Notes: generated from the sequence alone by a model not told the origin. Positions 8,080 to 16,599 are shown, counted from the stretch's first letter. The stretch: 52,417 nt of DNA from a virus (IMGVR_UViG_3300045116_000082:1-52417); one strand, 5' to 3'. Translations and numbers: made by a program.

Positions 8080-9516
8080 CTACTTCCGCGCCGCCGCCGA
8101 CAGCCACACGGCGAGACGCGCTCCCACCGTGCACAACGCGCGGTGGTAGGCGTCCGACAGATGGTCGCTGGCGTAGTAGTGGCCGAACTCGTGGATGAGC
8201 AGTTCCAGCCACCGCGTCGTGCCCTGCGGGTCGAACCACTGCTCGCCGAGACGCGCCACGTTCACCGTCAGCTCGCCGCTCCCGAAGCACGCCGTGAACG
8301 GCCACCCCCGGTCCTGCGCGAACCGCACGTACAGTTCCGCGCCGGGCCTCTGGATGGCGGCGCCGTAGGCGTCTGCTGCGAACGCCGCCCATGACTGCAT
8401 CTCCGGCGTCAGCTCGGTCCGCAGCTTCAGCGGCGTGCCGTCCTTGCTGAAGGGCTTCGGCGACGGCGTCACCTGCCCGGCCGGGCGGATGGCCGAGGCC
8501 GCCCGCACGTTGTCCCATTCAGCCCGCGTCAGCGCGCCGCCGGTCACGACCGTATACCCGGCGACGACGGCCAGCTTGTTCGCTTCCGGGTCCGACGGAT
8601 CGAACGCCACGCGCTTCTCACCGAACCGCAAGCCCATCACCGTCGTGACGGCCTCCGGCTTCACGTCCGGCGACGCCAGTGCGTCACGTACCCACGCCTC
8701 CGTCGCCGCCTGCTTCGGCAAGCGGTCATGCATCAGGTTGAGCACCGCCGTCCGCAGCGCGCGCCGGTACGACGGCGGCACGTTGTCCCGCTCGATGTTG
8801 AGCGGCACCTTCTGCTGGACGTCGTAGTGCCACTCGTCGCCCATCGGCACGACCGGCACGCCCAGCTCGTAGAGCCAGCCGCCGTCTGCCGCGTGGAGCC
8901 GCACCGCGACCGTCCGCGTCACCCGGCGGAGCACGCCCGTCTCGTCGGCTACCTCCGTCGGCAACGCCACCTGCAGCGTCGCTATCGGCACCTTCGCCGG
9001 GAGCACGTCCCCGTTCAGCGTGACCTCAACGCCGGGCGGCAGCAACATCCGCCGAACCGTTCCGAGCGCTTCCTCGGCCTCGGCCTTCGTCAAGGTCAGT
9101 TCCGCCTCGACGATGGTGCCGCGCTCCGTGTGCTTCCCGGTCCGGCGCCGCCCGCCGTCATCGAACACCACCGAGCCGGTCGTCGACGTGATGCGCGCCG
9201 AACGCGCTGCCGCCAGCACGAACTTCTCGCCTGCGTTGAACCGCCCGGCCTTCGACGGGTCCGCCACCTTGTAGCTCGGCGCGAACAGCCGGTATGCGTG
9301 CGACAGGTCGGCGAAGCCGCCCGGCGCATCGTCCGTCACGCTCAGGCGCCAGCTCCGCCCCCCGACCGGCTCCAGCCGCGCGTCGACCCGCGTCACGCCC
9401 GTCTCATCGAGCGCGTTGCGGATCAGTTCCGTCAGCAGGTAGCCGTTGCCCCGGCGGGCGAGCGTCTTCGCCAGCCCGTCGAGGTCCGTCTCGATCCACT
9501 CGTTCCGTCGGCTCAT
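8080..9516 (-). CDS. GHKL (HATPase_c) ATPase with C-terminal HExxH motif
   Basis: ELIRNALD, VTDDAPGG, GRFNAGEK and GT boxes; LLIHEFGH near the C-terminus; AGGAGG SD. Confidence 0.8.
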   Translation of the reverse strand: MSRRNEWIETDLDGLAKTLARRGNGYLLTELIRNALDETGVTRVDARLEPVGGRSWRLSVTDDAPGGFADLSHAYRLFAPSYKVADPSKAGRFNAGEKFVLAAARSARITSTTGSVVFDDGGRRRTGKHTERGTIVEAELTLTKAEAEEALGTVRRMLLPPGVEVTLNGDVLPAKVPIATLQVALPTEVADETGVLRRVTRTVAVRLHAADGGWLYELGVPVVPMGDEWHYDVQQKVPLNIERDNVPPSYRRALRTAVLNLMHDRLPKQAATEAWVRDALASPDVKPEAVTTVMGLRFGEKRVAFDPSDPEANKLAVVAGYTVVTGGALTRAEWDNVRAASAIRPAGQVTPSPKPFSKDGTPLKLRTELTPEMQSWAAFAADAYGAAIQRPGAELYVRFAQDRGWPFTACFGSGELTVNVARLGEQWFDPQGTTRWLELLIHEFGHYYASDHLSDAYHRALCTVGARLAVWLSAAARK

Positions 9517-9530
9517 TGCCGACCTCCTTC

Positions 9531-9797
9531 CTAGAGAGTTGACAGCAACTCCTTCACCGCCCGCTTGGAGCACTCCGGGCACGTCCGCATCAGGGCGCTG
9601 AACGGCCCCTTGTCCGTCCCGCAGCAGGCGCAACGCGGCGGCGCCCACGTGACCTTCTTCCCCATGCGGCGCATCGCCGCATCGAAGTCCAGCTTGGTCT
9701 TCGCCCACTCCTCATCCGTCGTCCCCGGCCGCCGCAACAGCGGCATCGAGCGTGGCCCGTACTGCTCCAGCTTGCCGACCTTCGCTTGCTTCTTCAT
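9531..9797 (-). CDS. Small Zn-finger-like protein
   Basis: CACC...CPEC; AAGGAGG SD before the ATG at 9797. Confidence 0.55.
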   Translation of the reverse strand: MKKQAKVGKLEQYGPRSMPLLRRPGTTDEEWAKTKLDFDAAMRRMGKKVTWAPPRCACCGTDKGPFSALMRTCPECSKRAVKELLSTL

Positions 9798-10054
9798 GAC
9801 GTAGCCTCCTTCGCCGCCCGACGGCGGCAACGCGGACACTCATACGCAACGCCTTGCCCTTCCCGCCAGTACCGGGCATAGAAGTCGGCGGCGTATGCCC
9901 CGACCGGACGCCCAGTCATCTTGTCCTTCAAGGCCTCCGTGCGCTCGTAGCCGCACGGCCAGCGGTACGTAACCTTGGGACCGTCGTGCCGGAGCACGTA
10001 GGCGCGGGGCCGAATCCCGCACAGCGTGAGTAGCTTCTTCATCACCGCCATCAC
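9794..10054 (-). CDS. Hypothetical protein with CxxC
   Basis: 86-aa ORF containing WPCG and CPRC; GGAGG SD. Confidence 0.55.
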   Translation of the reverse strand: MMAVMKKLLTLCGIRPRAYVLRHDGPKVTYRWPCGYERTEALKDKMTGRPVGAYAADFYARYWREGQGVAYECPRCRRRAAKEATS

Positions 10055-10061
10055 GCCCTCC

Positions 10062-10799
10062 TCAGTCGCAGTCCAGCGACATCACGAAGATGTTCGGCAC
10101 GCTGAAGAACGCCGCGAGCGCTGCCGACCCCGGCTGCGCCCAGTTGTTAAGCCGTGACCGCTTGGCGCTGATCTGGTAGCCGACCCCGAACCCGGCCGGA
10201 GTGAACGAGTGCGTGCCGCCGCCCTGCAGCGTCGCGCTGATCTCCGCCCGCTGCTCCGGCGTCACCAGCCACCGGCCGGTCGGCAGCCCCGGCACCTCCA
10301 CGCTCGTCGCGTGACGGGTGCGGACCTCCGCGACCTTCTCCACCTGCTTCGCCAGCTCATACTCGACGGCGAGGTGCGTATCCTCCGGCTCGATATAGAA
10401 GCTGTCGCTGACGCCCCGCGCGTCGAACGAGAAGCGGCCCTGCGGCGTCGTGAAGTACGTGTGCCCGGTCGCGGCGAAGTACGTATCATCTTCGCTGCTC
10501 GGCACGACGAGGATCGCGATGTCCCGATCCTTGCTGGCCGCTTCGTAGACCAGCGCGACATCCTCGCCCGTCACGTTGTACCGCTCGTCGGGCGTCGGTG
10601 GCCGCACCGTCCCGGTCAGCCCGGCCGGAGCTACGATGCTCCGCAGCCACGCCTCGACGCCGAGATTGGCCAGCGTGCCCGGCTTCCGCTTCCGGGCGTT
10701 CAGCTCCGCCGCCTTCCGCTTGTCGCGCGTCGCGCACGGCGCGCAGCGCGGCTTCGTGGTGTAACGAACGTGGCACCCCTCGCAAACGTGTCGCTTCAT
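10062..10799 (-). CDS. Hypothetical protein with N-terminal CxxC-CxxC
   Basis: 245-aa ORF with GGGAGG SD, downstream of hammerhead 1. Confidence 0.65.
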   Translation of the reverse strand: MKRHVCEGCHVRYTTKPRCAPCATRDKRKAAELNARKRKPGTLANLGVEAWLRSIVAPAGLTGTVRPPTPDERYNVTGEDVALVYEAASKDRDIAILVVPSSEDDTYFAATGHTYFTTPQGRFSFDARGVSDSFYIEPEDTHLAVEYELAKQVEKVAEVRTRHATSVEVPGLPTGRWLVTPEQRAEISATLQGGGTHSFTPAGFGVGYQISAKRSRLNNWAQPGSAALAAFFSVPNIFVMSLDCD

Positions 10800-10829
10800 C
10801 GGTCCCTCCCTTCGCCGCCCTATTGCGGC

Positions 10830-10900
10830 TGACCTGCCTCATCAGGCCGTGGGCGGTCATCCCACGACTACCGGCGGCGCGCTGGCCGCCGGTTATCGGC
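10830..10900 (-). ncRNA. Type II hammerhead ribozyme, GAUAA core variant (copy 1)
   Basis: GCC-GATAA-CCGGCGGC/GCCGCCGG-TA-GTCGTGGG/CCCACGGC-CTGATGA-GGC; loop I TGACC can pair with the 3' tail GGTCA; predicted cleavage after GUA (10869/10868). Confidence 0.75.
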
Positions 10901-10904
10901 TCGT

Positions 10905-11117
10905 TCATGCCGCGCGCCCGACGCCCCACTCGGCCCGCAGCAACTCGTGGACCCGGCTCACCGTCGCCGGTCCTGCGCCCTCGGCTCGCGCCCAAAGCTG
11001 CTCCTGCCGCCCGTGGAACTCATCGCGCCCGATCTCGCCGCGCTCCAGTCGCGTCACGTTGTCCTTTAACGCGACGTAGACGTTCAGCGCGACGGCCTTG
11101 CTCACCGCCGCTCGCAT
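10905..11117 (-). CDS. Hypothetical protein
   Basis: Start MRAAV at 11117 preceded by a GCCGCC/GGCGGC hairpin and AGGAGG. Confidence 0.55.
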   Translation of the reverse strand: MRAAVSKAVALNVYVALKDNVTRLERGEIGRDEFHGRQEQLWARAEGAGPATVSRVHELLRAEWGVGRAA

Positions 11118-11158
11118 CGTCACCTCCTGCCGCCCTACGGCGGCCCGGTAGCGCACCC

Positions 11159-11902
11159 CTACTGCGCCAGCACCGCCAGCGCGTCCGTCGTCTCATCAGC
11201 TGCCGCCTTCGGCGCGCGCTCGCGGGCCACACGCGCCTCATCCTTGTCGCCCCAGTACAGGCCAACCGGATTACGGAACGTCGCCTCAGCCTCAGCTACC
11301 AGTTCCACCATCTCGCGGTAGAGCGCGATGGCCGCCGTCGCCTCCGCTACGGTGCGCGACGTCGAGGACCAGCTCACGTCGCCGCACATCGCGTACTTCT
11401 CGACCCTATCTGACGGGTCATCCGGGTTCACGATGACGTCGACGCGCTCAAACTTCAGCGTCGCCGAGCAACCGACGGCCCACGCCCGCTCGACCGTCAG
11501 GTGCAACGACGAACCGCAGTAGTTGCTGATACGGAGGCCGCGCAGCTTGTATTCCTTCAGCCACGCCATGATCTCCGTGCTGCGCTCCCTCATCGACGCC
11601 CACGCCTTCGCCTGCCGGAAGTGGTCGCGCTTGTGGTTGAGCGCCTTCTGCGCGGCGTAGTAGCGCGAGCACTCCGCATCGACGCGCTCGGTGAGGCGCT
11701 TCTCGAACGCCTCGCGGTAGATCGCCGTCAGCTCCGGGTCCGGCTCGCCGAGCTGCGTCTGCGCGTCCCAAACAACCGCCGCCTCCGAGATGAACCGACG
11801 CCGCTCGTCGTAGTTCTTCTCACCAACCCCGCCCGGCAACGTCACGCCGTTTGCCGCCACCGCCGCCACCTCCCGCACCGCCTTCTTCGTCAGCTTCGCC
11901 AT
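11159..11902 (-). CDS. Hypothetical protein
   Basis: Start MAKLT at 11902 after AAGGAGG, downstream of hammerhead 2. Confidence 0.65.
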   Translation of the reverse strand: MAKLTKKAVREVAAVAANGVTLPGGVGEKNYDERRRFISEAAVVWDAQTQLGEPDPELTAIYREAFEKRLTERVDAECSRYYAAQKALNHKRDHFRQAKAWASMRERSTEIMAWLKEYKLRGLRISNYCGSSLHLTVERAWAVGCSATLKFERVDVIVNPDDPSDRVEKYAMCGDVSWSSTSRTVAEATAAIALYREMVELVAEAEATFRNPVGLYWGDKDEARVARERAPKAAADETTDALAVLAQ

Positions 11903-11939
11903 CACACACCTCCTTGCTACCTGCCGCCCCATGCGGCAT

Positions 11940-12009
11940 CGGGCTGCCTCGTCAGGTCGTGGGCGCCCATCCCGCGACTACCGGCGGCCGTCCGCCGCCG
12001 GTTATCGGC
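11940..12009 (-). ncRNA. Type II hammerhead ribozyme, GAUAA core variant (copy 2)
   Basis: GCC-GATAA-CCGGCGGC/GCCGCCGG-TA-GTCGCGGG/CCCACGAC-CTGACGA-GGC; loop I TGGGC pairs with tail GCCCG (covaries with copy 1); predicted cleavage 11979/11978. Confidence 0.75.
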
Positions 12010-12015
12010 TCATGC

Positions 12016-12498
12016 CTAGCTGCGCTCGTCGAAGAACGCCCCGCATTCTTCCCACGCGCCGTCTTCGTTGAAGATCATCTCCGCGCCGCCGTACGCCGGG
12101 GTCGCGTAGATGTCGCCGCCCTCCCAGAACGGGTGAGGCATACCGCCGTCGTTGTACGTCGCGTCCATCTCGCGGATCAGCACCGTCGCCTCATCCAGCG
12201 TCATCCACGGCGTCTCCGAATCCAGCGGCAGTCTCGCCCCGTCGCCGCTCGCTACGACGTCGATGCGGTAGACGTCGTCATCGAACCGCGCCAGCTTCAC
12301 CTCGTGGCCGATCAGTTCGACCAGCGAACCGTCGAAGCGCACGGCGTAGAACACCGCGTACCCCGGCTCGTCGCCCCACTGCTCCACTTCCATCTTCCTG
12401 ACCAGCACCAGCTCGCCCTCCATCTCGCGAGTCGGGTGATGGTCGCGCCCGCAGTACCCGTCCATGTCCACCTTCGCAATACGCAGCACCATCGCCAT
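12016..12498 (-). CDS. Hypothetical acidic protein
   Basis: 160-aa ORF with GGAGG SD. Confidence 0.65.
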   Translation of the reverse strand: MAMVLRIAKVDMDGYCGRDHHPTREMEGELVLVRKMEVEQWGDEPGYAVFYAVRFDGSLVELIGHEVKLARFDDDVYRIDVVASGDGARLPLDSETPWMTLDEATVLIREMDATYNDGGMPHPFWEGGDIYATPAYGGAEMIFNEDGAWEECGAFFDERS

Positions 12499-12509
12499 CG
12501 TTACCTCCC

Positions 12510-12745
12510 TCCGCCGCCCTATTGCGGCTCGTCCCTTCCGCGCAAACCGGGACAGGCTCTCAGCATCTCGCCGGTGGTTCGTCCGGAAGCTCCGCGTGAC
12601 GTTACGTGTACCAGCTAACGTCGCCGCTCCCCGGTCCCTGCGCTACGTGTCGCCGTAGCGTTCATGCCAGCCTGCGCTGCCTGTCTATCTGGGGTTGCGA
12701 TACTCCCCCTGCCCGGCCTGCGCGCAAGGGACGAACCCCTGCGCC
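12510..12745 (-). ncRNA. Candidate structured intergenic RNA
   Basis: GACAGGC/GCCTGTC enclosing CGCTACG/CGTAGCG and GACGTTA/TAACGTC stems; followed by the same GCCGC-AATAGG-GCGGC pre-SD hairpin as hammerhead 1. Confidence 0.45.
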
Positions 12746-12749
12746 GACG

Positions 12750-12986
12750 TTAACCGGTTATCCCGTCGAGGCGATCTGCGTAGCGCATCGCCTCCCGTGC
12801 CGTCTTGAAACCAACCGAGTCCGCATGACGTCCGGTCGGCGTATACCGCGACGCCGGGGCGCCGGGCTTCGGGCGGGGGCCGTAGAGCCACCACCACTTC
12901 CCTGCAGACATCGGCGCATTACGAACGTGCCAGCGGCTATCGCTAGAATGCCAATCGCCCGTGTTCGCCTTCGCCCAGCGTGTCAT
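12750..12986 (-). CDS. Hypothetical Trp-rich protein
   Basis: 78-aa ORF with GGAGGTGA SD. Confidence 0.55.
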   Translation of the reverse strand: MTRWAKANTGDWHSSDSRWHVRNAPMSAGKWWWLYGPRPKPGAPASRYTPTGRHADSVGFKTAREAMRYADRLDGITG

Positions 12987-12989
12987 CGC

Positions 12990-13457
12990 TCACCTCCCGC
13001 CGTTCCGCTCGTAGTCGGCGCGCTCGACCTCGCCGACCACCTCCCACGTCCGCCCGCCCTCGACCTGCTGCGTGTGCAGGTACGCCGTCGCGTCCTGTCC
13101 GTCGCGCCGACCCGCGACGCGCACGAGCCGCTCGCCGCGCCCGTCGATGGTCGAGCTGATGCCGCCGACCACGTCGGCCTCCGTCCAGCCGATCATCATC
13201 ACGTAGGCCAGCGCCGCCGCCGCCGGGTTGAACGCCAGGCCGCTGTCCGGCACCACCGTCAGGCGCATCCGCCGCGCCCACGCCTTCGCCGACCGCGTGC
13301 TCCACGTCTCCTTGTAGACCTCGCCGGTCTTCGCATCGATGACGTCGACGCACGGCCGGTCCCCGGTCGGCCCGGCGTAGACGCCGAACGCGAAGAACAC
13401 CCGCTCCGCTCCGCGCTGCTGCAACTTCCGCTCCGAGTAGTTGATCGGCCTCCGCAT
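12990..13457 (-). CDS. Hypothetical protein
   Basis: Start MRRPIN at 13457 after GGGAGG and tRNA-like element 1. Confidence 0.6.
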   Translation of the reverse strand: MRRPINYSERKLQQRGAERVFFAFGVYAGPTGDRPCVDVIDAKTGEVYKETWSTRSAKAWARRMRLTVVPDSGLAFNPAAAALAYVMMIGWTEADVVGGISSTIDGRGERLVRVAGRRDGQDATAYLHTQQVEGGRTWEVVGEVERADYERNGGR

Positions 13458-13476
13458 TGTCCGTCCCTCCCTGAAT

Positions 13477-13557
13477 GACCACCATCGGTCTGGGGCCAAC
13501 GCCGGACTCGAACCGGACGCCGTATTACTACGGCGGGCGCCCCGCGCGCCGCTGGCC
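13477..13557 (-). ncRNA. tRNA-like element 1 + GACC hairpin
   Basis: GGCCAGC/GTTGGCC acceptor, GCGC mini D-arm, CGCCGTA-GTAA-TACGGCG hairpin, CCGG-TTCGAGT-CCGG T-arm, then CCA-GACC. Confidence 0.7.
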
Positions 13558-13564
13558 TGTCATG

Positions 13565-14161
13565 CTACCACCCGCGCACCGACTCCAGCAGCAGCGCCTG
13601 CGCCGCCGCCTCTGCCTGCGCCGTGAGGTTCGAGAGCGGCGACGTGCTGCGCTTCGGCCACCGCGCCGCCTGCCACACCGCGCGCTCCAGCTGATTCACG
13701 ACCGCGTCGAGCGTCGCGTTGTCCTTCGTCAGCCACGCCCGCACGTCCTTCACGACCTTCACCTGCGCCGCCGCCGCGACCGCGTCGTCGCCCCACTCGA
13801 AGGCGTAGTGCAGCCCGTTCTGCTCGGCCTTCTCCTGCCACTCGCGCAGCACGTACCCGCTGCTCTGTTCCATGTAGTCGAGCTGCCGGGCGAACGCGGC
13901 GTTCCTCTCGGCCGTCTTGACCTCCGGCAACTGCCGGTGCGCCTGCGCCCACGTCGCCAGCGCCGCGCTCTCGAACGCGTCACAGTAGTCGTCGACCGGC
14001 TTGATCTTCCGCGCCGCCTGCCACTCCATCGCCGCCAGCCGCAGCGCCGCCTTCACCGCCTGCCTCTCCAGCCGGACGTTGTCGCCCGTCGCGGTGAAAC
14101 GCTCACCGTGTTCCTTCCCGTCCTTCTGCCCTTCGACCGTCGCCGCATTCTGCTTCGCCAT
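13565..14161 (-). CDS. Hypothetical helical protein
   Basis: 198 aa, GGGAGGTGA SD. Confidence 0.65.
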   Translation of the reverse strand: MAKQNAATVEGQKDGKEHGERFTATGDNVRLERQAVKAALRLAAMEWQAARKIKPVDDYCDAFESAALATWAQAHRQLPEVKTAERNAAFARQLDYMEQSSGYVLREWQEKAEQNGLHYAFEWGDDAVAAAAQVKVVKDVRAWLTKDNATLDAVVNQLERAVWQAARWPKRSTSPLSNLTAQAEAAAQALLLESVRGW

Positions 14162-14176
14162 CACTCACCTCCCGTT

Positions 14177-14246
14177 GACCGTGATTGGTCTGGGGCGCAC
14201 GCTGGACTCGAACCAGCCGAGCGGCCCCGCGAGGCCGTCGTGCGTC
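14177..14246 (-). ncRNA. tRNA-like element 2 + GACC hairpin
   Basis: GACGCAC/GTGCGCC acceptor, CGGCC/GGCCG arm, GCTGG-TTCGAGT-CCAGC T-arm; 51 nt identical to element 7. Confidence 0.7.
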
Positions 14247-14260
14247 ACCTACGCCCGCCG

Positions 14261-14398
14261 CTAGAACCCGCCGCTGAACGTGAACGTGAACACGTCCTCG
14301 TTGCTGCTGTTCGTCGCCTCGAAGCAGACGCCCTGCCGCACCAGCTCCGCCGCGAACTTCGCCGCTTCGACTACGCCGTAGACCTTGACCACGTACAT
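14261..14398 (-). CDS. 45-aa small protein (MYVVKVYG...TFSGGF), absent from the ORF track
   Basis: Fills the gap between elements 3 and 2 exactly; GGGAGGTGA SD, ATG start, TAG stop. Confidence 0.65.
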   Translation of the reverse strand: MYVVKVYGVVEAAKFAAELVRQGVCFEATNSSNEDVFTFTFSGGF

Positions 14399-14413
14399 CA
14401 CTCACCTCCCGTT

Positions 14414-14494
14414 GACCGTCATTGGTCTGAGACGTCGTGCCGGAATCGGACCGGCCGGGGCGGGCACCGTCGCCCGCCCCTACCCACTCGCGTC
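14414..14494 (-). ncRNA. tRNA-like element 3 (divergent) + GACC hairpin
   Basis: GACG/CGTC outer stem, GGGGCGGGC/GCCCGCCCC hairpin, GCCGG-TCCGATT-CCGGC T-arm. Confidence 0.55.
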
Positions 14495-14518
14495 GCTACT
14501 TCACTCCACTCCGCTCCG

Positions 14519-14806
14519 CTAAAGCCTGCGCCCTCGGCACCAGCGCCGATAGACCTCCAACTCTTCCGGGTCCAGCTCCGCGAGAACCCGCCGCGCCATC
14601 GCGCGGTACCACTGAGCCTGTTCTCGCAGGTAGTCCTGATCGAACGGGGGAAGCTCCCCGAACCGCTCGCGGCACCATCCACGAAGCTCGCCGCGTCCCA
14701 CCCGATCCTCCGGACGGCCGTCAAGCGCACCCTTCGCTGGAGTGCGTTCGCGGAACCGGCGTTCGATCTCTGCGCGCAACGCGGCCTCGTAGTCCTTCGT
14801 CCACAT
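14519..14806 (-). CDS. Hypothetical protein
   Basis: 95-aa ORF closely following 14812..15033. Confidence 0.55.
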   Translation of the reverse strand: MWTKDYEAALRAEIERRFRERTPAKGALDGRPEDRVGRGELRGWCRERFGELPPFDQDYLREQAQWYRAMARRVLAELDPEELEVYRRWCRGRRL

Positions 14807-14811
14807 CGCCG

Positions 14812-15033
14812 CTACTCCGTCGGGCGCACGGCCGTCTGCCGCACGCCGAAGTCCACCACCGCCGGGTTCAGCATCAGGCTCCGCGCCAGCAGGTCAGCGT
14901 CCGGCTTCGCTGACTCCCGCTTCGGCGGCAACGGGTAGCCGCCGAGGACGAACACGGACTTGCGCGCCATGATCGCGCGCGGGTTGGGATCGCGCATCAG
15001 GTTCCACTGCGTCGCTGACAGGATGCTCGCCAT
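14812..15033 (-). CDS. Hypothetical protein
   Basis: 73 aa, AAGGAGG SD after element 4. Confidence 0.6.
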   Translation of the reverse strand: MASILSATQWNLMRDPNPRAIMARKSVFVLGGYPLPPKRESAKPDADLLARSLMLNPAVVDFGVRQTAVRPTE

Positions 15034-15049
15034 CTCACGCCTCCTTCGT

Positions 15050-15116
15050 GACCGTCATTGGTCTTGGACCTACGCCGGACTCGAACCGGCTTACCGCGCC
15101 CCGCGCGCCGTAGGTC
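15050..15116 (-). ncRNA. tRNA-like element 4 + GACC hairpin
   Basis: Perfect GACCTAC/GTAGGTC acceptor, GCGC-GCGGG-GCGC D-arm, GCCGG-TTCGAGT-CCGGC T-arm. Confidence 0.75.
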
Positions 15117-15126
15117 GCCACGCCCG

Positions 15127-15615
15127 CTACGCCGCTGCCTTCCGCCGCGCGACCGCGCGCCGCAGCGTCTCCAGCACGCGCCCGGCGTCGATCCAGTCCG
15201 CCGTCCCGCACGGCCGGTCGATCATCAGCTCCGTCCGCTCGCAGGTCAGCGGGTTGACCTCCAGCTCGTCGAACAACCGGATCAGCTCCAGCCGCTGCTT
15301 CTTCGGCAGCAGTACCTTGCGCGAGTTCCACCGGAAGTGCTGCCCGATGATCCGCCGCGCCGCCGCCGCGACCGTCGAGAGGGTCGCGCCCGCGCCCGGC
15401 GCTACCCACATCGTCGACATCGCGCCGCCCGTCGCCTGCTCGACGCACGGCAGCGGGAAGCTGTACCGCGCGAACGTCCCGGCGACGTCGAGCACCGCCG
15501 TCGCGTAGCCGCGATCCTCGTCCGGCTGCCAGATGCCGTCGACGCGACCGTAGATGCCGAACGCCTCCACCACTACCAGATCCCCGACCGCGATGCTGAG
15601 CTTCGTCCAGTCCAT
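15127..15615 (-). CDS. Hypothetical protein
   Basis: Start MDWTK at 15615 after AAGGAGG. Confidence 0.6.
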   Translation of the reverse strand: MDWTKLSIAVGDLVVVEAFGIYGRVDGIWQPDEDRGYATAVLDVAGTFARYSFPLPCVEQATGGAMSTMWVAPGAGATLSTVAAAARRIIGQHFRWNSRKVLLPKKQRLELIRLFDELEVNPLTCERTELMIDRPCGTADWIDAGRVLETLRRAVARRKAAA

Positions 15616-15633
15616 CGTCGTGCCTCCTTGCGT

Positions 15634-15699
15634 GACCGTGATTGGTCTGGGACGCCGCCCGGTCTGGCTCCGGGAGTGGGCCTTGAACCCATCAGCGTC
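15634..15699 (-). ncRNA. tRNA-like element 5 (atypical T-loop) + GACC hairpin
   Basis: GACGCTG/CGGCGTC acceptor, TGGG/CCCA arm, CCCGG-AGCCAGA-CCGGG arm (5 bp + 7 nt), then CCA-GACC. Confidence 0.6.
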
Positions 15700-15710
15700 A
15701 ACCCGCGCCC

Positions 15711-16187
15711 TCAGTGCTCGTAGTGCATCGCCGCCGCCCGGCCGCGCAACCGCTTCACGCGGTAGCGCCCGGCGGCGTTCTTCTCCGTCTTGTAGCAGGC
15801 CAGCCCGCCGTCGCGTCCGATGAACACGTGGCGCCGCTCGCGGCAGAGCAGCTGCGCCATCGTCCCTTCGTCCCCCACCATCCCGATGACGACGAAGAGG
15901 GAAACGTTGCCGTACTCCGTCACCGTCAGCTCGTGCTTCTTGACCTCGTACCTCGTGGGGTCGCCATGCAGGCTGAGCCAGCACGCGACGAGCTGCGCCG
16001 CCTTCGCCCGCTGCTTGGCGGTGAACCCGTCAGCGTCAACCGCCGCCCGGCGCGTCGCCGCCGCCTTCTTCGCGCCCGCCAGCTTCGCCGCCGTCGTGTG
16101 CGCACCGCAGATGACGCAGTGCTGCTTCGATCCGTCCTCGCAACCATAGTCGTCCACCCAGTCGTGGTTGCACCGGAACCTCGCCAT
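15711..16187 (-). CDS. Hypothetical protein with N-terminal CxH..CxxC
   Basis: Start MARFRCNH at 16187 after AAGGAGG. Confidence 0.6.
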   Translation of the reverse strand: MARFRCNHDWVDDYGCEDGSKQHCVICGAHTTAAKLAGAKKAAATRRAAVDADGFTAKQRAKAAQLVACWLSLHGDPTRYEVKKHELTVTEYGNVSLFVVIGMVGDEGTMAQLLCRERRHVFIGRDGGLACYKTEKNAAGRYRVKRLRGRAAAMHYEH

Positions 16188-16205
16188 CGTCGTACCTCCT
16201 TGCGT

Positions 16206-16274
16206 GACCCCCATCGGTCTGACACGCGCGCCGGGACTCGAACCCGGCCGCAGCGCCCGTCCGCGCCGCGCGTG
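16206..16274 (-). ncRNA. tRNA-like element 6 + GACC hairpin
   Basis: CACGCGC/GCGCGTG acceptor, GCGC/GCGC D-arm, GCCGGG-TTCGAGT-CCCGGC T-arm. Confidence 0.7.
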
Positions 16275-16326
16275 ACCTTACTACTACTCGACGCCCCCCT
16301 GCGCCCGATGACTCACGCTGGTCGTT

Positions 16327-16599
16327 CTACGATCCGAGCGGGCAGTAGGCGCCCAGCTTCTTCAACAACACGATCAGCGTGTCCCACTGCGGCCCCGTCA
16401 GTTCACGGTCGGCCTTCGGGTAGTTCGCGAACCCCATCCGCACGATGGCAAACGTCGTAAACGTGACGTCGCCGTCGCGCGTGCCGTCATAGATAAACGC
16501 GCCGTCGTTGCACTTCGTAATGCGTGCGGTCCAGTGATACTGTCCGAACCACGTCACCTTCACCGATGCTCGGCGTCGCCCGTACCGTCGTGGTCTCAT
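16327..16599 (-). CDS. Hypothetical protein
   Basis: 90 aa, AAGGAGG SD after element 7. Confidence 0.55.
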   Translation of the reverse strand: MRPRRYGRRRASVKVTWFGQYHWTARITKCNDGAFIYDGTRDGDVTFTTFAIVRMGFANYPKADRELTGPQWDTLIVLLKKLGAYCPLGS

